Below the pieces are notes generated by a model, which had not been told where the DNA came from, ran no database searches, and worked only from the letters and a program-made list of their open reading frames with translations. A stretch of 33,417 nt of DNA from positions 1-33,417 of IMG/VR virus record IMGVR_UViG_3300017992_000017; one strand, written 5' to 3'. A program made the translations under genes and the position numbers. Positions within the stretch are counted from its first letter, which is position 1, and each line of letters begins with the position of its first letter. This DNA is from a virus. Taxonomy: Duplodnaviria > Heunggongvirae > Uroviricota > Caudoviricetes. This document shows, piece by piece, positions 8,314-15,860 of the stretch.

Positions 8314-9224
8314 TGGCTAGTTTTGGCGATCAACGCATCGACCAGCTCGTAAGCACCTTCAGCCAAGCGTCTGAAGAGCTTGCCGAGTTGATGTCGCAAA
8401 TGGTGGAGGCCGATCGAGAAGACCGGCACGCCATCTACGCGCTGATCCTGGCCATCCTGCTCCGGCTCCGTAAGGCTGCTCAGGAGTGGTCCGAGGTTAC
8501 CGTGGCTGGGATCTACGCCGAAGCACTCCAAGAGGCAGCCGATGATCTGATCTCACAGGGGTATCTCGGCGACCTGATCGGACCGGACCAAGGCACCCAC
8601 GAGGTCCAGCGTATGGCCGACTCCTTCCTTGCCGATACGGAAGGTGCTCTGTCCAACGTCCGGAGTGTGGCTGTTCGACTGAGAAATGGACAGACCGATC
8701 GGAGGTTTCTCACCGGTACTCTGGTGGTTGGGTTGTCGGCTGGTGGGGTACGAGCGATCAAGGCCAGACGACGGATCAAGCAATCACTCCGGGAAGGGAT
8801 GATGGCGATGCTGGCCAAGGACGGGAAGATCTACCACTATTCTCTCGACTACTACGTGGGGATGGTGGCGCAGCAGATCAAATATAAGACCATGTCGCGT
8901 GCCGTGTTGAACCAGATGCAGTTCACCGGACACGACCTGGTGCAGATCTCCCCCAACCCCTCGACCATTGGAGACTATTGCGACGAGTACAGGGGGAAGG
9001 TGTTTAGCATCTCCGGGACCGATCCACACTATCCTCCGTTAGCAGAGACACCATCGGGAGGACCACCGTTTCATCCTCACTGTCACCATACGTTACAGCC
9101 GTATGTGGATAGAGCGATTGCAGAGATGGGACCTGTGGATCCTAAGTTCTTGGAGATGGGACGAACGCCGGGGATGGGACCAAACGATTTCCAAAAACTG
9201 TGGCGAGCGAAGCGAGCCGGATGA
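8313..9224 (+). CDS. Minor capsid / head morphogenesis protein (Phage_min_cap2 / SPP1 gp7-like)
   Basis: YSLDYYVGMVAQ, HDLVQIS, DYCDEYRGKVFSISG and GPPFHPHCHHTLQPY (HPxCxH) motifs. Confidence 0.82.
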   Translation: MASFGDQRIDQLVSTFSQASEELAELMSQMVEADREDRHAIYALILAILLRLRKAAQEWSEVTVAGIYAEALQEAADDLISQGYLGDLIGPDQGTHEVQRMADSFLADTEGALSNVRSVAVRLRNGQTDRRFLTGTLVVGLSAGGVRAIKARRRIKQSLREGMMAMLAKDGKIYHYSLDYYVGMVAQQIKYKTMSRAVLNQMQFTGHDLVQISPNPSTIGDYCDEYRGKVFSISGTDPHYPPLAETPSGGPPFHPHCHHTLQPYVDRAIAEMGPVDPKFLEMGRTPGMGPNDFQKLWRAKRAG

Positions 9225-9685
9225 CCAAGAACTGGAACGTCAACAACCTGGAGGAGATGGCCGATATGGTGGAGGGGATCCCTTTCCGTATCCATAAGGC
9301 GGCTCTCCAGTTTGTTGCCGAAGCGAGTGTGCATGCGGCCAGGAGAAGTGAGCTCAACGCTCCTATCCTCACGGGGATGTTGCGTGCTGGGTGTTATCCG
9401 ATCGAGACCAAGGTACGCGGAGATGATTTCATTGGGGGAGTGGCCGACGACGTGCCGTATGCTGCGTACGTGCATGCGATGGTGGCTCCCGAAGGACCAA
9501 AGGGTTTGGGTCCTGTGAGTCGTCAGCAGCCAAAACAACCCGAGGGCGGTCCTATGGGTGGGTACATCGAAAACACCGTTCTCTGGTGGGTGCCTACGTA
9601 TGATCGTGCCTTGCGTGAGATGGTCGACAAAGCGATTAAGGGAAGAGACGTGGCAGGATCGCCGTTACTGAGTTTGGGAGGTTAA
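9221..9685 (+). CDS. HK97 gp10-like neck/tail-completion protein
   Basis: ATGA overlap at 9221-9224; NAPILTGMLRAG (APvdTGxLRxS-like) and VPYAAYVH motifs. Confidence 0.72.
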   Translation: MTKNWNVNNLEEMADMVEGIPFRIHKAALQFVAEASVHAARRSELNAPILTGMLRAGCYPIETKVRGDDFIGGVADDVPYAAYVHAMVAPEGPKGLGPVSRQQPKQPEGGPMGGYIENTVLWWVPTYDRALREMVDKAIKGRDVAGSPLLSLGG

Positions 9686-9707
9686 ACCGAAAAACGGGGA
9701 TCCCAAG

Positions 9708-12700
9708 ATGTTGATTGCATTTGTTACGAGTGGGTTGCCATTCACTGGCGACAGTTTGAAGACCGGAGCACTGGGTGGTTCCGAGACGGCGTTGGCTTCG
9801 ATGGCCAGGTCCTTTGCCAAGCGAGGACATGACGTCCGCGTCTACTGCGAGTGTCCTGCGCCGGGTACGTACGACGGGGTGCGGTACTTTCGGAACACGG
9901 AGTTTGCTGGTCAGGCTGCGGTGATCGCGTTCGACGTGGTGATTGCCAGTCGTTGGAATCAGTTCCTCACGACCCCGTCCGATGCGGGTTTGAACGTGCT
10001 CTGGCTCCATGACGTGCTGACCGACGAAGCGGCCTTGATGGGTGGTTTGCACGCGACCGATCTGATCATGTGCCTGAGCGACTACCACATCGGCCTTTAC
10101 ACCGACGCACTTCCGGACCTGGCGCCACATATCTGGAAGACTCGTAACGGGATCGACCCGGAGCTGATCCAAGCCAATCTGCGTCAGAAGGTCCCGGGCA
10201 AGATGATCTACTCGAGCCGCGCCGAACGCGGACTCTTGTATCTTTTGCGGGACATTTTTCCGAGAATCCTCCAACAAGTTCCTACGGCTAGGTTGCACTA
10301 TTGTAGTTACCAGGTCAACAACATGGCCGTGCCTGACGCCGTGTCGCAGATCCAGGAGACGTGCCAGCAGATCGCGGCGCAGTATTCTGGAGGCGTTGTG
10401 GACATGGGATCGCTCTCCAAGGAGGACCTGTACCGGCAGATCTCGAGCTCGCAGCTGATGGTTTATCCGAGTGATTTCCCTGAGATCTCACCGGTTCGTG
10501 GAGACACATTGATTGAGACCTTGGATGGTCGGAAGCAGATTAAGGATCTTGTAGGTCAGTCTGGCTTCAAGGTCTACTCCTGCGACAAGGAAGGGAGGCT
10601 CTCGTTGTCCGAGGTCAAGGGCGTCTTCTTGACTCGGAAGAACGCAGAGATGGTCAAGCTCACGGTTCGTCCGGGAAGGGGCCGGAACGCCAACAAGGAG
10701 AAGGTTCTTCACTTGACGCCAGACCATGAGGTGATGTTGCGAGACGGAACGTACAAACCCGCAGGTCAGTTGATGGCAGGCGACCGTGTCAAAGCGTTCC
10801 ACCGTCGTCGGAACGAGCATGGTAACGGGTATGACACGGTGGGTGTGACGGACTGTCCGGTGTTTCCGGAACACCGGTTTGTTGCCTCAAAGACGTTGGG
10901 GAGAGAGATTCAAGACGGTGAGGTTGTGGATCATCTAGACGGCGACACGCACAACAACACCCCGGAGAATCTCGCGGTCACAACACAGTCTCAACATTGG
11001 CACGATCATTGGGCACGGATGACTCCCGAGCAGTACGCCGAGACGTGCAAGCGTCATAAGGAAGGCTTGCATCGGCACATGCAGGAGAACCCGGAGGAGT
11101 TCCGACAGTCACGTCAGCGGGCCGTACAGGCGATGTGGGATCGGTACAACTCTCTCTCGGACGAGGAGCGAAAGGCGTGGTTGAAACACCGCGTGGAGTG
11201 CCGTCAAAAGAAGATGTCCAACCACGTCGTCGTCTCGGTCGAACCTGCTGAGTCGGCCGATGCGTTTTGTATGGAAGTTGAACCGGATCATAACTTTGTG
11301 GCCAATGGAATCTTTGTCCACAACTGCATCGGCGCCATCGAAGCTCAGGCGTGCGGCACTCCCATCGTGACGACCAACGACTTCGCACTGGCCGAGACGG
11401 TGGGTTACGGGGGGATCAAGCTCGACGGGAGTCCTCGGGACAAAGACTACCAGGACCGGTTCGTCGATACCGTGGTGCGTCTCCTGAGCGATGAGGAGGA
11501 GTACCGGAGGCTGTCGGAAGGAGGACCCAAGTACGTCAAGGAGATCGGGTACGAGTGGGACGCGATCGTCGGTCAGTGGGAGCACAAGTTCAAGGAGATG
11601 CTCGAACAGCGGTGGATCCAGAACCGGGAGAAGGTCATCACCAACCTGGTCCGGAAGAACGATCTCCAGGTTGCTCGGTTGATGGCTATGAAGTCAGGGA
11701 TGCAGCACCGGGTGAGCGAGATCGAGGCGCAGTCCACTCACGTCTCGGAACGTACGGAGACCGAACCAGAGGCGGTGAAGCGGGATATCGACGCCATGAT
11801 CCCGAGGTTTCACAAGCTGGTGGAACTTCTGAAGTTGTCGGAAAAGACGCCGACGAGCATTGTCGAGAAGGATGCCACCGACGCGTCGTACGGGTTGTTT
11901 CTAGCCAAGATGTTTCCCGAAGCCAAGGTGGTTCTCGAAGCGACCACAGAAGAGACCTGCGAGCGGTTGCTGGGATACGTGGACGAAACAGGAGCGGAAG
12001 TCGAGGTCACTACAGAGTTGCCGGTTGGCGAGAAGTACGATCTTGTGATCCTCCCGGACGTTCTGGATGCGGTGTTTGAGCCGTCTGCGTACCTGAAGCA
12101 CCTGACCAGTCTGGTGGCTGACGGCGGGCAGATTGCGGTCACTGTTCGTGTCGGGACCGATAACGTCTTTCCTGGGGCGGCTCCGAACAGGCTCTGGAAC
12201 TTCGACTACCAGGACCTTGCCAACCTCTCACTACACGATGAGGAGTTTCGGGCAACCTTCCACGACGAGAAGATCTCCGACGCTGGGGAGATTGTTGGTC
12301 ATTGGATCGGTCTCCTCCCCAAGAAGGAGAAGTACGGCAAGCTCGATATCAAGGCCAAAGCGCTCCGTACCCGTCCGTATCAGTCCCTTTGTGCGACGGT
12401 GTGTGTGAAGAACGAGGAGGAGTGGATCCGGGGTGTGGTCAAGAGTATCGAGAAGGTGTGCGACCGTATCCTGGTGATGGTGGATAACGAGTCAACGGAT
12501 CGTACCAGGGAGATCGCCGAGGAGCTGGGGTGTGACGTCCGTTCGGTGACATTTGACAACTTCGGACAGGTGCACAACGACGCTCTGGAGGCCGTGACCG
12601 AAGACTGGGTTCTGTCCATTGATGGGGATGAGAGACTCCTGGGCGCCAACAAGCTCCGGGGTTACCTGAAGTCGGCGATCTTCGAGGGGTATGCGTTACG

Positions 12701-13484
12701 GCAGAACCACCTCATGCTCGATCTGCACGGGACGTTTGATCTTCCGGTGCGGGTCTTCAGGAACCGGTCACATTACCGGTACACGGGATACATTCACGAA
12801 CATTGCGAGGATACGTCGAAGGGTCCGTTCGACAATCCGATCTCCCCGACACTGATGATCGAGGAGGTTGACATCGCTCATTATGGGTATGTCAACGAAC
12901 GCATGCGAAGACACAAGTGCTCCAGCCGAAACATGGAGCTCTTGATTCGAGACGTCCAGGACAATGCTTCACGAGGTCGACTCCTAACTCGTGTCCTGGT
13001 CATCAGAGACTATTTGAACATGGTCAAGTGGTCTCTGGAAAAAACGGGAGGCGCCGTTACACCGGGATCGAAGGAACACGTTCTGGTGAGTGCGGCGATT
13101 ACAGACTACCGGCACTTCTTCGGTGATCGGTCACATAGGTACCACGACATCTCCTTCCCCATGTACCAGGAAGCTTTAGAGATCCTGGGACGCAATGGGA
13201 TTCCGTACCTTGACCGAAAGACCCCTCCTTTCCAGGTGGGACTCGCTCTGACGGGTGCTGTGGGTGGTCTTGAATCCTCGGACGTCGCTCCTCAAAAGCG
13301 GTGGTTCGTGGACGACTCAGAGCTCATGGAGTTCTTGGCTAACTGCGGTGCCAAGATGGTTCTCCAACTGGGTCTCGCAGGTGAAGAGGAGTACAAGGAT
13401 GCACTGACCTTCCGGAAGCCGTCTGTTGAAGAGCCGCTCCCGGATGCTGTCGAACTGCTGGGATGGGGGCTCGGGGTGGCATGA
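9708..13484 (+). CDS. Intein-containing multidomain glycosyltransferase: GT4 (GT-B), degenerate SAM-methyltransferase fold, GT2 (GT-A)
   Basis: GT4: LGGSETAL, RGHDVRVY, WLHD, RNGID, YSSRAERGL, E-x7-E (EIS|CIGAIE) split by the intein. MTase-like ~11800-12310: YDLVILPDVL...LVADGGQIAVTV. GT2 from ~12381: VKNEEEWI, DNESTDRTREIA, DWVLSIDGDE (DxD). Confidence 0.9.
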   Translation: MLIAFVTSGLPFTGDSLKTGALGGSETALASMARSFAKRGHDVRVYCECPAPGTYDGVRYFRNTEFAGQAAVIAFDVVIASRWNQFLTTPSDAGLNVLWLHDVLTDEAALMGGLHATDLIMCLSDYHIGLYTDALPDLAPHIWKTRNGIDPELIQANLRQKVPGKMIYSSRAERGLLYLLRDIFPRILQQVPTARLHYCSYQVNNMAVPDAVSQIQETCQQIAAQYSGGVVDMGSLSKEDLYRQISSSQLMVYPSDFPEISPVRGDTLIETLDGRKQIKDLVGQSGFKVYSCDKEGRLSLSEVKGVFLTRKNAEMVKLTVRPGRGRNANKEKVLHLTPDHEVMLRDGTYKPAGQLMAGDRVKAFHRRRNEHGNGYDTVGVTDCPVFPEHRFVASKTLGREIQDGEVVDHLDGDTHNNTPENLAVTTQSQHWHDHWARMTPEQYAETCKRHKEGLHRHMQENPEEFRQSRQRAVQAMWDRYNSLSDEERKAWLKHRVECRQKKMSNHVVVSVEPAESADAFCMEVEPDHNFVANGIFVHNCIGAIEAQACGTPIVTTNDFALAETVGYGGIKLDGSPRDKDYQDRFVDTVVRLLSDEEEYRRLSEGGPKYVKEIGYEWDAIVGQWEHKFKEMLEQRWIQNREKVITNLVRKNDLQVARLMAMKSGMQHRVSEIEAQSTHVSERTETEPEAVKRDIDAMIPRFHKLVELLKLSEKTPTSIVEKDATDASYGLFLAKMFPEAKVVLEATTEETCERLLGYVDETGAEVEVTTELPVGEKYDLVILPDVLDAVFEPSAYLKHLTSLVADGGQIAVTVRVGTDNVFPGAAPNRLWNFDYQDLANLSLHDEEFRATFHDEKISDAGEIVGHWIGLLPKKEKYGKLDIKAKALRTRPYQSLCATVCVKNEEEWIRGVVKSIEKVCDRILVMVDNESTDRTREIAEELGCDVRSVTFDNFGQVHNDALEAVTEDWVLSIDGDERLLGANKLRGYLKSAIFEGYALRQNHLMLDLHGTFDLPVRVFRNRSHYRYTGYIHEHCEDTSKGPFDNPISPTLMIEEVDIAHYGYVNERMRRHKCSSRNMELLIRDVQDNASRGRLLTRVLVIRDYLNMVKWSLEKTGGAVTPGSKEHVLVSAAITDYRHFFGDRSHRYHDISFPMYQEALEILGRNGIPYLDRKTPPFQVGLALTGAVGGLESSDVAPQKRWFVDDSELMEFLANCGAKMVLQLGLAGEEEYKDALTFRKPSVEEPLPDAVELLGWGLGVA
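10491..11324 (+). mobile_element. Intein (278 aa) with HNH homing endonuclease, in the GT4 active-site motif
   Basis: Block A-like PVRGDTLIETLDG, block B LTPDH, HNH_3-like EHRFVA...VDHLDGDTHNNTPENL, block F AFCMEV, block G HNFVANGIFVHN followed by Cys+1 (11325-11327). Removing it restores FPEISCIGAIEAQACG. Confidence 0.92.
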
Positions 13485-13684
13485 TTACGCACAAAAAGCA
13501 ACTCGATAGCGTCCTCCGTACGGTGCAAGATCTCCAGAAGGTCAAGTACTTCGGGAGGATGATGTGCCAGTTTGCTGACGGTAACGTGGTCATGATCCGG
13601 CTAGAGCAGACGGTCCATCCAGAAGCATTACTTGATGGAGCACCGTTAGTGGTGGCGCCGGGCGAACCGGTGCCTGAGCAATGA
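13481..13684 (+). CDS. Small protein, DUF2292/YezD-like
   Basis: ATGA overlap with the GT stop; YFGRMMCQFADGNVVMIRLEQTV resembles the 'FG.V.i...dG.Vv.I...ek' pattern. Confidence 0.5.
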   Translation: MITHKKQLDSVLRTVQDLQKVKYFGRMMCQFADGNVVMIRLEQTVHPEALLDGAPLVVAPGEPVPEQ

Positions 13685-13699
13685 CCGTGGAGGTGATCT

Positions 13700-13795
13700 A
13701 TGGCCAAGCGTTGTGTGAAGCTGAAGATACCAAAGCGGCACCAGAGGAAAGTGTCACGAATTAAGTCTCGGCAGGCAAAGCGACGTAAGCGATGA
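13700..13795 (+). CDS. 31-aa highly basic peptide MAKRCVKLKIPKRHQRKVSRIKSRQAKRRKR (absent from ORF track)
   Basis: GGAGGTGATC Shine-Dalgarno at 13689-13698; fills the gap between genes; stop overlaps the next start (ATGA 13792-13795). Confidence 0.72.
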   Translation: MAKRCVKLKIPKRHQRKVSRIKSRQAKRRKR

Positions 13796-14187
13796 GCTAC
13801 CGACACCTAGTTGAACCTTGGCTCACTTCGATCTGTTCGTACGTGGGCAAGAACGGCTTCGGGACGGTTGCAACGGATCTGTTTGCACCGCACATGCCTG
13901 AGGAGCCGGTTACATGCACGGCGGTTGTGCCGACCGGGGGTATTCGGTCCGGGGGTAATCCCGTTCGCCGAAGACTCGTGCAAATCCAGCATCGCCGACC
14001 GTTTGAAGATCTCGGTTCGGGGCTGACCTTTATTGGGTCGCTCTCCGGTCTCTTCGACGATCAGTGGAACAAGCTGGACGCGGACCATCTCGGGCGTTTT
14101 GAGCTGCAATCGGAACCGGGTCGCTACATCCTGGACGGAGCCGGAAACGTGATCTTTTCTTTGGACTACGTGTTTACCAGTACGTAA
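13792..14187 (+). CDS. Tail terminator / 'minor capsid' family neck protein
   Basis: GTVATDLFAPHMPEEP...VVPTGG...VQIQHR pattern; directly precedes the tail tube gene. Confidence 0.68.
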   Translation: MSYRHLVEPWLTSICSYVGKNGFGTVATDLFAPHMPEEPVTCTAVVPTGGIRSGGNPVRRRLVQIQHRRPFEDLGSGLTFIGSLSGLFDDQWNKLDADHLGRFELQSEPGRYILDGAGNVIFSLDYVFTST

Positions 14188-14250
14188 CCGTGTAAGCGCA
14201 CAGAACAACTGACGAGGGCGCGGTGAGGTCGTTTTCATGGGAGATGCGCA

Positions 14251-14898
14251 ATGCCATCTTATGTGAATGCAATTGTTGACCGAGAGGTCTCGATTGCGAT
14301 CGAGCGGTTTTTGATCGCTCCCTACCCGCAGACGTTCACTGCCGCGCGCGTGGACCTCGATAGCCTGCCCTCGGGATATATTGACCTTGGGCCGGTTGTT
14401 GAGGACACGCCGACTGTGACCGTCTCGCGTGAGAAGTATGTGCTAGAGACTGGAATCCCGAAGGTCATCCAGTACGAAGCAATCATGGGTGTGTCCGGGA
14501 CCGTGGAGTTCTCTCTGTGGTCCAACTCCTTCCACAAGGTGCAGTATGCCTTGGGGAACGAGTGGTACACCTACGATAGCACGACGCAGACTGCTCTGAC
14601 CACGCTGACGACGATCGCCAGCGGACAGGTCTTCTCGCAGTTCATCGGGACCAAGGACATCAACTACTACGCTCTTCTGGGTGTGGCTGACTTCTTGAAC
14701 GGCGTCCAGGTCGTTCATGAGTTCGGCAAGGTGGTTCCTTCCGAGGACTGGACCGAGACGTTCCGTCCGGATCAGGCCGGTCAGGTTCCTATCACGTTTG
14801 ACTGCGTGGGGTACCAGACGACCCTGGGGAGCTGCACCGAGCTGATCCTCGGCAAGCGGCACTACATCGGGGAGGACGGTATTACCTGCGTGACCTAG
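14251..14898 (+). CDS. Major tail tube protein
   Basis: GGGAG RBS; YIDLG...TPTVTVSRE, GTVEFSL and VPITFDC patterns; followed by a terminator and then the chaperone and tape measure genes. Confidence 0.78.
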   Translation: MPSYVNAIVDREVSIAIERFLIAPYPQTFTAARVDLDSLPSGYIDLGPVVEDTPTVTVSREKYVLETGIPKVIQYEAIMGVSGTVEFSLWSNSFHKVQYALGNEWYTYDSTTQTALTTLTTIASGQVFSQFIGTKDINYYALLGVADFLNGVQVVHEFGKVVPSEDWTETFRPDQAGQVPITFDCVGYQTTLGSCTELILGKRHYIGEDGITCVT

Positions 14899-14939
14899 CA
14901 TGCGGGGCGCCTAGTGTAAGGCGTCCCGTGGAGGTTTGT

Positions 14940-14989
14940 GGGGGCGCAGGACGTGCCATGCGGTTCTCCTGCGTCCCCTTCTATTTCTT
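14940..14989 (+). terminator. Rho-independent terminator after the tail tube gene
   Basis: gggggcgcagga (14940-14951) pairs with tcctgcgtcccc (14967-14978), then ttctatttctt; a second hairpin at 14902-14929 lies just upstream. Confidence 0.7.
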
Positions 14990-15012
14990 GAGCGAAAAAC
15001 GCAAAGAGGTGA

Positions 15013-15594
15013 GTGATGAGTGACAAACAAAACGACTTCGAGAATCAGCTGGACCAGGAGATTGCTCTGAACGCAAGTCTCCTCTCTCCCGAGCAGCAGT
15101 CCAGGCTCTCCAAGGTTCTCTTTCCTACAACGCACACCGACAAGATCCAGCTGGGAGGGAAGGAGAGGACGTTGCATCCTCTCCCGGTCAAGTTCTCTCG
15201 TCAGCTGCATGAAGTTGTGCTTCCCTTCGCGTCCCGTGCCGAGGAAGAGTCCACCAAGAAAGAGGGGGACGGTTCACCGTACGAGGTCGACAAGGATCTT
15301 CTCAAGGCGGTTCTCGAAGCTGTCCGTGTGCTTTGTGATGCGTACGGCGAGGACTGGGACGATGTGAAAGGCAAGCTCGAGCGGGAAGAGCTGGTCTTGT
15401 CCGAACTTCAGAATGCCGTCGTTCAGCAGCAAGAGCTCCAGGGGCAGTCGGATTTTACGCTCACTCCCTTGCGAGTCGCGATCAAAGTGATGAAGGCGAG
15501 GGAGATCGTGGAGATCATGCAGCAGGACGACTTTGGGACTGCGTCTATTGGGCAGCAGCCGTCGAGCGATTCGGATGCTCCTTCGACGAGCTGA
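15013..15594 (+). CDS. Tail assembly chaperone (G-like)
   Basis: Between tail tube and tape measure; GGKERTLHPLPVK ('i.gkey.l' type) motif; acidic and helical. Confidence 0.75.
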   Translation: MMSDKQNDFENQLDQEIALNASLLSPEQQSRLSKVLFPTTHTDKIQLGGKERTLHPLPVKFSRQLHEVVLPFASRAEEESTKKEGDGSPYEVDKDLLKAVLEAVRVLCDAYGEDWDDVKGKLEREELVLSELQNAVVQQQELQGQSDFTLTPLRVAIKVMKAREIVEIMQQDDFGTASIGQQPSSDSDAPSTS

Positions 15595-15839
15595 TCTCCA
15601 AACACACGGACGGGCAGATCATGCTGCTCGTCTACGGTTTTAACGAGCTGGAGAAGATCCGGAATGAAGCGGTGGAGCAGACGACCGAGTCCCGTAAGAA
15701 ACCACGTGCGCTTCAGTCTGCTCCACAACCTTCCAAGGCCAAGTCTGCTCCAGCCAACAAAGTGCCATGGAGTGAACTGAAGAAGATGACTCCCCAACAG
15801 TACGAGGCGTATCTTGCGGGGTCCGTTAGGGGACTGTAG
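15534..15839 (+). CDS. Tail assembly chaperone extension (T-like), probably expressed by -1 frameshift
   Basis: The -1 frame is open from 15339 to 15839; protein-like WDCVYWAAAVERFGCSFDELISKHTDGQI precedes ATG 15621 with no ATG/GTG/TTG upstream in frame. The start given is approximate. Confidence 0.62.
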   Translation, partial: WDCVYWAAAVERFGCSFDELISKHTDGQIMLLVYGFNELEKIRNEAVEQTTESRKKPRALQSAPQPSKAKSAPANKVPWSELKKMTPQQYEAYLAGSVRGL

Positions 15840-15860
15840 CTCTACTCCGAGGTAGCTGAC

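Noticed and set aside
10488-10490. Ser (TCA) as the canonical first residue of the intein
   Set aside because: It would shift block A by one residue relative to CxxGDT and leave E-x6-E in the spliced GT. Disfavoured but not excluded without junction MS.
11555-12079. 174-aa alternative plus-strand frame inside the GT gene
   Set aside because: R/G-rich off-frame composition; the main frame has clear domains here.
15532-15538. TTTGGGA as a classical X XXY YYZ slippery site
   Set aside because: Out of phase with the chaperone frame (read TTT GGG); the +1 frame it would suit stops soon after with non-protein-like sequence.
15547-15567. GQQPSS peptide shared between the chaperone tail and the TMP repeat
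   Set aside because: Six residues with different codons, and the chaperone copy is probably off-frame text; coincidence.
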